DNA of 64,000 nt from an uncultured delta proteobacterium (GCA_963727445.1 CAVSGI010000015.1:192001-256000), one strand, 5' to 3'; counted from the first letter of the stretch, positions 40,843 through 51,304 are shown. The notes: a model not told the origin generated them from the sequence alone. Numbers and translations: made by a program.

Positions 40843-42620
40843 CGGTAGGGACCCGTCCGGCCGCGGAGCAGCGCCGAGAGCGCTTCGAGTCGCTTCAGGA
40901 TCGCGAGCGCCCGCGCCGGATCGTCCAGCTGAGGCTCGATGTGCGCGATCAGGGCCCGCTCTTCCACCCGCAGGTGCGGCGTCTCCGCCACCAGGCGCGC
41001 GAGGATCTGCCGCGCCTCGGCACCGTACTTCGTGGCTTCGTCGTCGCCCAGAGAAGAGGCCGTGCTCAGGAAGAGATAGTCGTCGTCGATGGGATCGCGC
41101 ACCTCGATGGCCGCGGTGGTGCGGTAGGCGGTACCGCTCTCGTCCCACTCCGTGACGACGATCGACCGGTCCTCGCCCCGGCGAAAGTGGAGCGCCAGGC
41201 GCGAAGGCTCGAAGACCGCGCCCTCGCGCGTCGCCGTCCTCGCCCACTCGGCGGCCGCTGCTTCGCGCCCACTCGGCGGCGGGATCGCCGCGCGCGCACC
41301 GGGGTAGCTCGCCGCGAGCGACGTGAGGGTGCTGCACATGCGACTGAGCGCCGACCGCGTCCGTCGCATCGAGACGAAGGTCATCCCTTCGTCGTCCAGA
41401 TCTTCGAGCTCCTGGGCGAAGAACGCCTCGCCGAGCGCCCCCACATAGGCGCGCACCTGCGCGGGGTCCCGCCCGGTCACGTAGTGGTTCTTCTCGAAGA
41501 ACGGCTGGCCGAGCTCCACGTTTTCGCCGAGGAACCGATGAAAGCTCCCCTTCTCGCCGCCGTCGAGATCGAGGTGGACGCTGGGATGGGTCAAGGTCCC
41601 GACGAGCGCCAAGCCGCGCTTGCGATGGCCGAGCCCGATGGCGATCTCCACGTCGCCCACCTTCTGGAGCATCTGCCGCCCGTCGAACGCCATCCCGTAT
41701 GCGCGCGCCACCTTCTCCCAGATCGCGCGCTGTCTCGAGCTACCCACCGGCGCAGGCGCGAGACGTGATCGCACGCGGACGCCACCCTCGGGCACCAGGG
41801 TCACGGGCAACCGCATCGTGATGTCCCGTCCGAAGGCCACCACCGCCGTCACGTCGAGGACCCAATCGAGCTGAAAGAGGCGCGACTGGATCGACGGAGG
41901 TACCTCGGGCACCGCCATTCGGATCGGTGCGCCCTCGAGGAGCCTTTCGACGGAGAACCGGAGCTCGTAGCCGCGGAGCTTCACCCTCCCGCGATTTCGG
42001 CCGCGGGAGTCGAAGCGCGTCTCGAGGGCGCTGAGGCTGAGCTTGCCTTCGCGAAAGCGAGTGTCGACCGCGTTGTCGACCGCGACCGCCACGTCGATGG
42101 TCCCCCCGAGCGGCACGATGTCCGAAGCGAGGCTGACCTCGAGCACCGGCACGGTCCCCACCGGTCCCTCGGGGGATGTGCTGTAAATCTGCGGGCGCGC
42201 GTCCACCGCGTCCCGCTCCACCGACCCGACGGTGATCACGAACTTCTCGACCGCGTCGGGCCACCAGTCGATGTCCACGCGGACCACCGCCTCGTATTCG
42301 ACCCGCGCGAAGCCGAAGCGATAGCTCGGCGGCGCTTCCTCTGGCACGTCGAAGGAGAAGGGCAGCTCGTGGCGACCGGCTGGGATCTCCTCGGGGCCCG
42401 TGAGGTTCGCGCGAAGGGTCATCACCGCCCAGCGATGGGTCTTCGCGCTGTCGCCCGAGCCGATCACGACGCGCTCCTCGCCGCGGAGATCGACGGTGAC
42501 CGCCTGGGTGGGCACGGCCTTCGACGCGGTGATGACCACGACCCCGGAGGCGCGACGACCCGGCGTGAGGATCGTGGGCAGCCGGAGCCCGACCTTCGGT
42601 CGCTTCTTGATCAGTGGCAT
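40839..42620 (-). CDS. Arrestin/SpoOM-fold protein with C-terminal extension
   Basis: GRHELPFSFDVPEEAPPSY...RVEYEAVVRVDIDW (arrestin_N-like), then SL...VPLGGTIDVAVAVDN...VPPS (arrestin_C-like). Confidence 0.7.
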   Translation of the reverse strand: MPLIKKRPKVGLRLPTILTPGRRASGVVVITASKAVPTQAVTVDLRGEERVVIGSGDSAKTHRWAVMTLRANLTGPEEIPAGRHELPFSFDVPEEAPPSYRFGFARVEYEAVVRVDIDWWPDAVEKFVITVGSVERDAVDARPQIYSTSPEGPVGTVPVLEVSLASDIVPLGGTIDVAVAVDNAVDTRFREGKLSLSALETRFDSRGRNRGRVKLRGYELRFSVERLLEGAPIRMAVPEVPPSIQSRLFQLDWVLDVTAVVAFGRDITMRLPVTLVPEGGVRVRSRLAPAPVGSSRQRAIWEKVARAYGMAFDGRQMLQKVGDVEIAIGLGHRKRGLALVGTLTHPSVHLDLDGGEKGSFHRFLGENVELGQPFFEKNHYVTGRDPAQVRAYVGALGEAFFAQELEDLDDEGMTFVSMRRTRSALSRMCSTLTSLAASYPGARAAIPPPSGREAAAAEWARTATREGAVFEPSRLALHFRRGEDRSIVVTEWDESGTAYRTTAAIEVRDPIDDDYLFLSTASSLGDDEATKYGAEARQILARLVAETPHLRVEERALIAHIEPQLDDPARALAILKRLEALSALLRGRTGPYR

Positions 42621-42670
42621 CGAGACCCGCGGAGGCGCGAGCTTATCAAGCCCGCCGCGAGGCGAGGGCC

Positions 42671-43270
42671 TCAGCGGTCTTCAGGCGTGTCCCAGTCGAC
42701 GAGGGCGGCCTCGACCACCTCGCTCGGCGCGAGCGCTTCGGCGCCCACGCGGGCGAAGAGCTTCTGGAAGGAGCGCACGCCCTCGGCCGCGGCGGCGCGG
42801 AGCGCGGGGAGCGCGCGCGCAGGATCGTAACGGGCGAAGAGCGGCTCCCACGGCGCGTCGGGGCCGCGGCGCGCCGCGAGGATCGTCGGCCCGGCGGGTG
42901 CCTCAATCAGCGCGCGAAGCGCTCCGACGCTCACCTGGGGCATGTCGCAGGCCACCGCGATCGCCGGACGATCGCCCGCGCGGGCGAGGAGCGCCGAGAG
43001 GCCACCGAGGGGGCCGTCGATGGCGGGATCGTCGGCGATGGCTTCGAGGCCCAGCGCGCCGTAGGCGCTCGCTTCCCCGACGAGCACGACGCCCATCCCG
43101 GCCTCACGGCCGAGGCGGGCGAGACGCGCGGCGAGGGGCTCGCCGGTATCGGGCGCCTCCAGCAACCCCTTGGGCTCGCCGCCCATTCGCGTGGACTTGC
43201 CGCCGACGAAGATGCCGAGCAGCGGAGAGGGTGCGTCAGTCGGCGTCGTCGAGTCGCTCTGGATGGGCAT
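42671..43270 (-). CDS. mobA: Molybdenum cofactor guanylyltransferase MobA-like
   Basis: VGGKSTRMGG.PKG, GPLGGL, VACDMP, EPLFARY, DWDTPED. Start uncertain. Confidence 0.85.
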   Translation of the reverse strand: MPIQSDSTTPTDAPSPLLGIFVGGKSTRMGGEPKGLLEAPDTGEPLAARLARLGREAGMGVVLVGEASAYGALGLEAIADDPAIDGPLGGLSALLARAGDRPAIAVACDMPQVSVGALRALIEAPAGPTILAARRGPDAPWEPLFARYDPARALPALRAAAAEGVRSFQKLFARVGAEALAPSEVVEAALVDWDTPEDR

Positions 43271-44075
43271 AGACGTTCAACCTCCCCTCGCGGACGAAAC
43301 CACAGAGGGTCAGCCCGACGCTCCGCGCTACGTCGACCGCGAGCGACGTGGGCGCCGAGACGGCGGCGACCACCCCGATCCCAGCCACCGCCGCTTTCTG
43401 GGCGATCTCGAAGCTCACCCGACCCGAGACGACGAGGATCCGCGCCTCTGTGAGGATCCCCTCGCGCAGGAGCGTGCCAACCACCTTGTCCACGGCGTTG
43501 TGACGCCCGACGTCCTCGGCGAAAGCCAGGGTCTCGCCCTGTGCCGAGAGCGCCGCCGCGGCATGAACACCACCGGTGCGCGCGAAGTTCACCTGCTCCT
43601 CTCGCAGGCGCTCGGTGCAGCGCTGGAGCGTCTCCACCGCGATCCGCTCGCCCGCTTCGAGCTTGCCGATGCGCGCAAGCAGATCGTCCACGGTCACCCT
43701 CCCGCAGACGCCGCAGGCCGCCGTGGTCAGCGTGCCGCGCCGGCTGGTGGCCAGGCGGTCGGGATCGAGGGCGACACCGGGTCCGGGCAGGACGTCGATG
43801 GTGTTGCCGTAGCCTTCGTCCCCGGGCTTTCCGCAGTGGGAGATGCGCCCCACGTCCGACACGCTCTGGACGATCCCCTCGGCGAAGAGGAAACCCAGGG
43901 CGAGGTCGGCGTCCTGCCCCGGGGTTCGCATGGTCACGGCGAGGGCGTCGCCCGCGACCCGGATCTCGAGGGGCTCCTCCACCACCAGCTCGTCCGGCGA
44001 CTCCCCCCCCACGACGCCGTCGGCGCTGACGAGGTGCACGCCTCGATGAACGATGCCGCGTCGCCGTTGATCCAC
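43236..44075 (-). CDS. fdhD: Formate dehydrogenase accessory sulfurtransferase FdhD
   Basis: VEEPLEI, TMRTPG, CGVCG, TGGVHAAAL, EDVGRHNAVDK, SGRVSFE, VSAPTSLAV. Confidence 0.95.
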   Translation of the reverse strand: MDQRRRGIVHRGVHLVSADGVVGGESPDELVVEEPLEIRVAGDALAVTMRTPGQDADLALGFLFAEGIVQSVSDVGRISHCGKPGDEGYGNTIDVLPGPGVALDPDRLATSRRGTLTTAACGVCGRVTVDDLLARIGKLEAGERIAVETLQRCTERLREEQVNFARTGGVHAAAALSAQGETLAFAEDVGRHNAVDKVVGTLLREGILTEARILVVSGRVSFEIAQKAAVAGIGVVAAVSAPTSLAVDVARSVGLTLCGFVREGRLNVYAHPERLDDAD

Positions 44076-44185
44076 GCCTCGATCCTAGGGCACCGCGGGG
44101 GTCGCGACCATTCGTCCGCCACAATTTGGATCCACGGGGCGCCGCCTCCCTACCATTTCAATCGAGCAGTCGACGGGAGGCACGA

Positions 44186-44611
44186 GTGAGCAGAGTCGTC
44201 CACAGCAATCGCCAGCATAGTCGCCACGATGTCCGAACCCCATGCGTGGTGACGACCCAGGACAACCTCACCCTCCTCGGCGACGAGACGATGGATCTCT
44301 CCTGGGATGGGGCCAGGATCCGCTGTCACGTCCCCGCCCGCCTCGGCGATCGGGTCCGGGTGAGGCTGCAGATCCCGAAGTCCACCGTCTGGGTCGATGC
44401 CGAGGGCTACGTCGCCCGGGTGTCGCCCGGCCGGCGCCGCGGGGACGACCCGCCCTCCCTCGGCCTCAAGCTCGACAAGATGGACGGGATGATGCGGCTG
44501 CTCCTCGCCACCACCATCCGCCACCGGCCGTCCCCCGAGCCCAGCCACCGGGGCCCGCGACGCGACTACGCCGAAGCCGTGCGCCGCATCCACCTGAGCC
44601 ACGCGGTCTAG
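44186..44611 (+). CDS. PilZ-domain protein
   Basis: RBS GGGAGG + GTG; RQHSR and DLSWDG. Confidence 0.75.
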   Translation: MSRVVHSNRQHSRHDVRTPCVVTTQDNLTLLGDETMDLSWDGARIRCHVPARLGDRVRVRLQIPKSTVWVDAEGYVARVSPGRRRGDDPPSLGLKLDKMDGMMRLLLATTIRHRPSPEPSHRGPRRDYAEAVRRIHLSHAV

Positions 44612-44612
44612 A

Positions 44613-46094
44613 CTAGGGCGGCGCGCTCGCGGGCAGGAGCACGGTCATGGTCGTGCCCTTGCCTTTGACGGAGTGCACCGAGATCGCGCCGCGATGGGCC
44701 GCGACGATGCCCAGGACGACGGCGAGCCCGAGACCGTGGCCCGAGGTCTTGGTGGAGTAGAAGGGATCGAAGATGCGCAGGCGCTCTTCGGGAGAGAGGC
44801 CGCCCGCGTCGTCGGTGACCTCGATGCGAACGTAATGGCCGGGGCTCGGTGGCTCCGGGAGGTAGTCCGAAAGGGGCGACTCCACGTCGGTCGTCCCCGT
44901 CGAGACGCGCACGTGCCCTCGCCCCTCACCGAACGCATCCGCGGCGTTGTTGACGAGGTTCATGATGACCTGTCCCAGCTGCGAGCGATGCACCATGGCG
45001 GCGGGCAGATCCTCCCCCAGCTCCAGGATGAGCTCGACGTTCCCTTTGGATGCCGCACGGGTGACCGGCATGAGCTCCTCGAGCGCGGGGTTGACCTGGC
45101 ACGGCTCGACCGGCACCACTTCACGGCCGGCGTAGGTCAGCATCTGCTCGCAGAGATCCGCCGCGCGTCGCGAGGCAGCGCTGATCGTGTCCAGGAAGGA
45201 GCCGACGTCTCCATCGTCCTTCACCTCCTGACGGACCAGCGCCGTGCCGTTCATGATCGCCGCCAAGAGGTTGTTGAAGTCGTGGGCGATCCCCCGCGCC
45301 ATGATCCCCAGGCTCTCCACCCGGCGCTTGGTGGCGAGCTGCGTCGTCAGGCGCGTCCGCTCGGTCACGTCGAGGGTGCAGGCGAGCACCTGCTTCACCT
45401 CGCCGTCGTGGATCAGGGGCGCAAATCGCGTGAACCAATACTGCTCGCTCACGCCTTGGAACTCGAATTCCACGACCTTCTGGGTAGCGACGACCTCCTC
45501 GAAGGCGGAGGTCAGGACGCTCCTGTGCTCCTCCATCAGCCATTGAAGCGCCGGTCTTCCGATGACGTCGTTGTCGATGTCCCTGCCCGGTCGACCGCGG
45601 TTGATGTAACGGATGGTCATGTCCGCATCGAGGACGGCGATGATCAGGGGCGCGTTGACGAGGATCGCTTCGATGCGCTGCTTGGTCATCGACAGGTTGT
45701 CCGACGTGAACTTCCAGAGCTGGCTGGTCCCGCCGTCCTGGTCGGTGACGTCGCGCGCCATGATCTGGATGGTGGAGACCTCTCCGCGGTCGTCGAAGGC
45801 GGGCGTGTAGACGGTGTCGAACTGACGCTCCTCGTCGTCGAAGGTCACCGAGGTGACGAAGTGCTGCGGGGAGCGGTGGGTCAGCGTCTGTTGAATGCGG
45901 CCGCGAACCGCGGCAGGGCTTCCCGGAAAGTGGTCGTAGAGCGACTTTCCGACGGCTTCCCCCGCGTCGAGGCCGAGGCTCTGCGCAGCCCTCGCGTTCA
46001 AGAACGCGAGCGTCCCGTCGGGTGTGACGCTGATCACGACCACGTCCAAGCTGTCGAGGACGCCCTTCAGGTAATGCGCGGTCCAATCCGCCAC
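44613..46094 (-). CDS. Cytoplasmic PAS-PAS sensor histidine kinase
   Basis: Two PAS/PAC units; GIAHDFNNLL, QVIMNLVNNA, FDPFYSTK..GHGLGL. Start approximate. Confidence 0.9.
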   Translation of the reverse strand: MADWTAHYLKGVLDSLDVVVISVTPDGTLAFLNARAAQSLGLDAGEAVGKSLYDHFPGSPAAVRGRIQQTLTHRSPQHFVTSVTFDDEERQFDTVYTPAFDDRGEVSTIQIMARDVTDQDGGTSQLWKFTSDNLSMTKQRIEAILVNAPLIIAVLDADMTIRYINRGRPGRDIDNDVIGRPALQWLMEEHRSVLTSAFEEVVATQKVVEFEFQGVSEQYWFTRFAPLIHDGEVKQVLACTLDVTERTRLTTQLATKRRVESLGIMARGIAHDFNNLLAAIMNGTALVRQEVKDDGDVGSFLDTISAASRRAADLCEQMLTYAGREVVPVEPCQVNPALEELMPVTRAASKGNVELILELGEDLPAAMVHRSQLGQVIMNLVNNAADAFGEGRGHVRVSTGTTDVESPLSDYLPEPPSPGHYVRIEVTDDAGGLSPEERLRIFDPFYSTKTSGHGLGLAVVLGIVAAHRGAISVHSVKGKGTTMTVLLPASAPP

Positions 46095-46257
46095 GACCAG
46101 AGGGTAGTAGAGCCGCCCCGAACAGGCCCCTCGAAAGGCGCCAGTGATCCAGATCACAAAGCGCGTGGATAGACGGCTGGCTGCGGGTCTCGTCGAAAAT
46201 TCGTTCTGCTCTTCGCGTACTTTTGAACGAGTATCGTCAAATGGATGCGGTGGGGCT

Positions 46258-47934
46258 TTGACCGAGCAAGCAGAGGCGTTGGCCATGCTCCCGGAGATGA
46301 ACCCGGGTCCGGTCTTTCGCCTGGCCCGCGACGGCGCCATCGAGCTCGCGAACCGCGCGGCGCGTGTGCTCTACGAGATGGAGGACATGGTCGGGCACAG
46401 CTGGTTCGAGCTCTGTCCGCGACTCGAGAAGGCGGCGTGGGCGCGCGTCCTCGAGGGTGTCGGCAACGTTCAGTGCAACGCGACGGTTCGAGACCGTACC
46501 TATCTCTTCATCCTCGCGCACCGGCCCGGCAGCGCGCACGTCTTCGTCTACGGCAGCGACGTCAGCGAGCTCGAGGCGACGCGGGCCGAGCTCGCCGAGC
46601 GCGCGCAGTTCCCCGAGATGAATCCGGGGCCCGTCTGTCGCCTCGACACAGAGGGAAAGATCCTGCGCGCCAACCGGGCGACCCGAGAGATCCTCGGGCT
46701 CGAGTCGGTGCGCGGCGAGTGCTGGCTCGAACTCGTGCCGGAGATCGATTACCCGTTCTTCGAGCGCGTGCTTCAGGGCCGACGCGCGATGGCCCTCGAG
46801 GCACGACTCGCGGGTCGTGATTACGTGTTCACGCACGTCCGCGCGCCGAGCGGCCGCGAAGTCTTCGTGTACGGGGCCGACGTCACCGATCAGAAGGCGG
46901 CCGAGCGCGCGATCCTCCAGACCGAGAAGATGGCGACCCTCGGCACCCTGGCGGCAGGGGTGGCCCACGAGCTCAACAACCCTGCTGCCGCCGCCCAGCG
47001 AGCGGCCGAGCACATGCGCGCGGACTTCACCCGCCTGCAGGAGGTGGAGCTGGAGCTCGACGGCCTCGACTTCGACGATGAAGCACGGGCAACTCTCGCG
47101 ACGTTCCACGAGCGCGCGCGACAGCAGGGCGGCTCCACCTGCGACCTCGACGGCCTCGAGCGCAGCGATCGAGAGGACGAGATCGAGGGTTGGCTCGACG
47201 ACCACGACATCGACGAGCCATGGGACCGCGCGCCACAGCTCGCCGAGCAGAACTTCTCCGTGGACGACCTCGACGAGCTCGCCGCCGGCGTGAAGGAGGC
47301 GCACCTGCGGCTCGTGCTCGAGTGGCTCATCCACCTCTGTTCCGTCTATCGGCTGCTCGAAGAGATTCGCCACGGCGCGGGGCGCGTGTCGGAGATCGTC
47401 GGCGCGCTGAAGTCGTATTCGTATCTGGGTCAGGCGCCGATTCAGGACATCGACCTGAACCAAGGGCTTCGCCAGACACTCATCATCATGCGGAGCAAGC
47501 TCAAGAAAGGCGTCTCGGTGGTGCAGGAGCTCGCGGAGGACCTGCCGCGCATCCACGCCTACGGCAGCGAGCTCAACCAGGTGTGGACCAACCTGATCGA
47601 CAACGCGGTCGGCGCGATGGGCGGCGAGGGCAAGCTCGTCCTCCGGAGTCGGCGCGACGGTGATGGATGGGTCGTCGTCGAGGTCGAGGACGACGGGCCG
47701 GGCATCCCGCCCGAGATCGTCAAACGCATCTTCGATCCCTTCTTCACGACCAAGGCCCCAGGCGAGGGAACCGGGCTGGGCCTGCACACCTGCCACTCGA
47801 TCATCACGAAGAAGCACGGCGGGAGCATCGACGTGACGTCCAAACCGGGCTGCACGCGCTTCGTCGTGCGGCTGCCGATCGAGAGCGCGAAGAGCGAGAG
47901 CGAGAGCGAGAGCGAGAAGGGGAAGAACCGATGA
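46258..47934 (+). CDS. PAS-repeat sensor histidine kinase
   Basis: Two PEMNPGPV PAS-like repeats; AHELNNP, ELNQVWTNLIDNA, DDGPG, FFTTK..GTGLGL. Start TTG 46258 or ATG 46285. Confidence 0.92.
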   Translation: MTEQAEALAMLPEMNPGPVFRLARDGAIELANRAARVLYEMEDMVGHSWFELCPRLEKAAWARVLEGVGNVQCNATVRDRTYLFILAHRPGSAHVFVYGSDVSELEATRAELAERAQFPEMNPGPVCRLDTEGKILRANRATREILGLESVRGECWLELVPEIDYPFFERVLQGRRAMALEARLAGRDYVFTHVRAPSGREVFVYGADVTDQKAAERAILQTEKMATLGTLAAGVAHELNNPAAAAQRAAEHMRADFTRLQEVELELDGLDFDDEARATLATFHERARQQGGSTCDLDGLERSDREDEIEGWLDDHDIDEPWDRAPQLAEQNFSVDDLDELAAGVKEAHLRLVLEWLIHLCSVYRLLEEIRHGAGRVSEIVGALKSYSYLGQAPIQDIDLNQGLRQTLIIMRSKLKKGVSVVQELAEDLPRIHAYGSELNQVWTNLIDNAVGAMGGEGKLVLRSRRDGDGWVVVEVEDDGPGIPPEIVKRIFDPFFTTKAPGEGTGLGLHTCHSIITKKHGGSIDVTSKPGCTRFVVRLPIESAKSESESESEKGKNR

Positions 47935-49595
47935 GCACCAAGCCTGTGATCCTGGCGGTGGACGACGAGCCCGAAGTGCTGAACGCCATCGGTCGCGATC
48001 TGCGCAAGCGCTATGCGGAGAAGTACCGCATCGTGAAGGTGGGCTCCGGACAGGCGGCGCTCGACACGCTGCACAAGCTCAAGGAGCGCAACGCCCCGGT
48101 GGCGCTCTTCGTCTCCGACGAGCGGATGCCGCAGATGAGCGGCACCGAGATGCTCGCGGAGGCGATCAAGCTCTACCCCGAGGCGCGCAAGGTGCTGCTC
48201 ACCGCCTATGCCGACACGACGGCGGCCATCGCTGGGATCAACTCGGTGGGCCTCGACCAGTACCTGATGAAGCCGTGGGACCCGCCCGACGAGCGGCTCT
48301 ACCCGTTGATCGACGATCTCCTCGACGACTGGGACGCCGGCTACCGGCCTCCCTTTCAGGGGATCCGCGTGGCGGGGATGGCCTGGTCCCCCACGACCCA
48401 CGCCGTGAAGGACTTCCTCTCGCGCAATCAGATCCCTTACGAGTGGGTCGACGTCGACCAGGACGCGCCGATGCGCGAGATGGTCGAGAGCCTGTCGCCG
48501 GGTGCCAAGAAGACGCCGGTGGTCTTCTTCCCGGAGGGCGAGCCGATGCTGGAGCCGGATCCCGGTGCGCTCGCCGAGCGCCTCGGCATGCAGCGGCAGG
48601 CGTCTCAGCCCTTCTACGATCTGGTAGTGGTGGGCGGCGGCCCGAGCGGGTTGGCCGCCGGGGTCTACGGCGCGTCCGAGGGCCTTCGCACCCTGCTCGT
48701 CGAAGGCGACGTGACCGGCGGACAGGCGGGAACCAGCTCGGCCATCGAGAACTACCTCGGCTTCCCCAAGGGCGTCTCCGGCGCGGACCTGGCGAGGCGA
48801 GCGACGGCTCAGGCGAAGCGCTTCGGCGTCGAGCTGGTCTCACCGCGCACCGTCGACCGGGTGGAGGCGGGCTTTCCCTATCACACGGTCTTCCTCGACG
48901 ACGGCTCCGAGGTGAGCTGCTACTCGCTGATCCTCGCCACCGGCATGCGCGTCCGGAAGCTCGAGGTTCCCGGCGTCTCTGATTTCACCGGCGCGGGGAT
49001 CTACTATGGCGCTGCGCTCAGCGAAGCGGCGCAATGCAAGGGCTACCACGTCTGCATCGTCGGGGCCGCCAACTCGGCCGGTCAGGCGACGATGCTCTTC
49101 TCGCGCTACGCGCGGAAGGTCACGATGCTGGTGCGTGGCGACTCTCTGACCAAGTCCATGTCGCAGTACCTCGTGGACCGAATCGAACAGACGCCGAACA
49201 TCGAGGTGCTGACCCACACCCACGTCACCAAGGCTTCGGGCGACAAGCGTCTGACGAGCCTCACCCTCGCCACCGGACCCGACGAGACCACCCGCGAGCT
49301 CGAGACCGACGCCATGTTCATCTTCATCGGCTCCCGACCGCGCTCCGATCTGGTCGAGAACATCGTGCAGGTCGACGAGGAGGGATACATCCTGTCCGGC
49401 CCGGACCTCCTGCGGGCGGGCAAGCGGCCCAAGGGGTGGAAGGCCGAGCGCGATCCCTTCCTGCTCGAGACCAGCATCCCGGGGATCTTCGCGGCCGGCG
49501 ACGTACGCCACGGCTCCACCAAGCGCGTCGCCTCGGCGGTGGGCGAGGGCTCCTCCGCCGTCGGCATCGTGCACCGCTACCTCGCCACCGTCTGA
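47931..49595 (+). CDS. Response-regulator receiver - thioredoxin-reductase-like flavoprotein fusion
   Basis: LAVDDE, SDERMP, LLTAY, KPW; GGGPSG, GGQAGTSS.IENYLGFP, GAANSAGQA, FAAGDVR. ATGA overlap with the kinase gene. Confidence 0.93.
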   Translation: MSTKPVILAVDDEPEVLNAIGRDLRKRYAEKYRIVKVGSGQAALDTLHKLKERNAPVALFVSDERMPQMSGTEMLAEAIKLYPEARKVLLTAYADTTAAIAGINSVGLDQYLMKPWDPPDERLYPLIDDLLDDWDAGYRPPFQGIRVAGMAWSPTTHAVKDFLSRNQIPYEWVDVDQDAPMREMVESLSPGAKKTPVVFFPEGEPMLEPDPGALAERLGMQRQASQPFYDLVVVGGGPSGLAAGVYGASEGLRTLLVEGDVTGGQAGTSSAIENYLGFPKGVSGADLARRATAQAKRFGVELVSPRTVDRVEAGFPYHTVFLDDGSEVSCYSLILATGMRVRKLEVPGVSDFTGAGIYYGAALSEAAQCKGYHVCIVGAANSAGQATMLFSRYARKVTMLVRGDSLTKSMSQYLVDRIEQTPNIEVLTHTHVTKASGDKRLTSLTLATGPDETTRELETDAMFIFIGSRPRSDLVENIVQVDEEGYILSGPDLLRAGKRPKGWKAERDPFLLETSIPGIFAAGDVRHGSTKRVASAVGEGSSAVGIVHRYLATV

Positions 49596-49628
49596 CCGCC
49601 GCGCGCTCGAAGCAGGCCGCGCGAAACC

Positions 49629-51155
49629 TCACTCGATCGGCAGGGCGTGTAGCTCCGTCGATCCGGTCTCGTCCGCCTGCGTCTGGTAGTAGATCCGTTC
49701 ACCCGCCACGCGGAAATCCGCCGCGCTCTCCACGATCGCGGTGATGGCGCCGCTGGCGGCGTCCACGCGGTCGAGACGAGACGCGCTGTAGGTCGGGTCG
49801 TAGCTCTGGAGGAAGAGCGTATCGCCCACGGTGTCGACGCGGCCGAGGTTACGACCCGTGATGGTGCCGAGGATGGTGCCGTCCGGTGCATAGAGGCGCA
49901 CGTCGCGCTGGTAGACGATGTCGTCGGGGACGCGGAAGACCCCTTCGAGGAGGGCCACGCCCGCCCCCGTGACGAATCGGGTGTTCACGTCCCCTTGCCC
50001 TTCGAAGAGGGTCGTCGCGTGCTGGCGGGCCACGTCGTAGAGGAGCGTCTTCGAGCAGGAACCGGTCTCACAAGCGGTCCGGAAGTCCATGGCGAAGAAC
50101 GCCCCGCCGGGCGCGACCTGCAGGTTGGGCCGCGAAGTGCTCTCGGCCTCGTCCACGAAGATCGCCGGGCTGCGGAGGCCCGTGACCGGCTCGAAGACGA
50201 AGAGCTCGTGACCGGTCTCGCTCCACGTGACCAGCTGCCGGTCGGCGAGGAGCCCCTGGTTCACCAGCCCTTCGTAAGCGAAGAACTGGTAGTCCTGACT
50301 CAGCACCCAGAGGTATTCGCCGGTGTTCATCACCATCACGTGTCCGCCAGGGATGGCCACCGCATCGAAGCGCGCTTGGGCGCCGGAGACGGATCCGAGC
50401 ACCTCGCCGTCGGTGAGGCGAGTGAGCGTCGCCCAGTCTCGATTGACGCCCCACGAGCGCTGGAGGTGAACCACGACCTCGCCGTCGGAGGAGAGCTGGA
50501 GGAGATCGTTGCGGCCGCTGTCGGGGAAGGTGGTCGTCCCGTCGCTGTAGAGGATCTCGCCCAGGAGCAGGTCGTCCTCGTCGCGCAGGTCGAGTCGATG
50601 GAGATGCCCGTCCGTGTCCTGATAGAGCATGACCGGGGCGTGCGGCGCGGAGGCCGGGCAGCTCACGACGTCTTCCGCGAGGGCGCGCACCGTGCCGTCG
50701 TCGTCGAGGATCCGCACCTCGCCCTCGCCGCAGCCGATGGTGAAGGTGTGCGGCGGGTCCGCGTCATCGCGGAGGAACTGGATGGCGCCGAAGCCTTCGA
50801 AGAGGTCGTGGGTCTGACCGGTGTCGGTGTCGTAGACCTGACCGGTCGCGCCGCTCATCGCCAGACGGTCCCCGCTCGGCGAAAAGCCAACGGGCTGGCC
50901 GACCAACACGGAGGGATCGCGGCCGGGGCTCACCAGGTTCATGGTCGACACCCCAGCGTTGAAGCTCTGGTAGACCAGGTCCCCGCAAGGGCCGACGGTG
51001 CGAAGGTTGATCTGACCCTGGGCGACCAGAATGCCGTCGGTGAGGGGATCGGCCCCACAGCGCAGCGGCACGGGCTGTGGGATGGATCCCAGGGGCTCGG
51101 AGGAGCAGCCGGCGAGGGCCAGGACGAGGAGCAGAGCGCTCCGTGTCGCGCGCAT
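49629..51155 (-). CDS. Lipoprotein, beta-propeller-like
   Basis: LAG-C lipobox; FSPSGD/LSSDG/VAPGG strand-turn repeats. Confidence 0.7.
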   Translation of the reverse strand: MRATRSALLLVLALAGCSSEPLGSIPQPVPLRCGADPLTDGILVAQGQINLRTVGPCGDLVYQSFNAGVSTMNLVSPGRDPSVLVGQPVGFSPSGDRLAMSGATGQVYDTDTGQTHDLFEGFGAIQFLRDDADPPHTFTIGCGEGEVRILDDDGTVRALAEDVVSCPASAPHAPVMLYQDTDGHLHRLDLRDEDDLLLGEILYSDGTTTFPDSGRNDLLQLSSDGEVVVHLQRSWGVNRDWATLTRLTDGEVLGSVSGAQARFDAVAIPGGHVMVMNTGEYLWVLSQDYQFFAYEGLVNQGLLADRQLVTWSETGHELFVFEPVTGLRSPAIFVDEAESTSRPNLQVAPGGAFFAMDFRTACETGSCSKTLLYDVARQHATTLFEGQGDVNTRFVTGAGVALLEGVFRVPDDIVYQRDVRLYAPDGTILGTITGRNLGRVDTVGDTLFLQSYDPTYSASRLDRVDAASGAITAIVESAADFRVAGERIYYQTQADETGSTELHALPIE

Positions 51156-51304
51156 GGCGGCCCAGGAAGCGAGAAGTGGGCCAGCCGAGATCACGAACGA
51201 ATCGCGGCCCCTCTCGTGCCACTCCGTGTCAGAAGCCCGCTTCCGCACCCCTCGGCCTGTGCCCGAAGCGCCCCCTCCGCAGCGCGATCGACAAAGGGCG
51301 CGGC

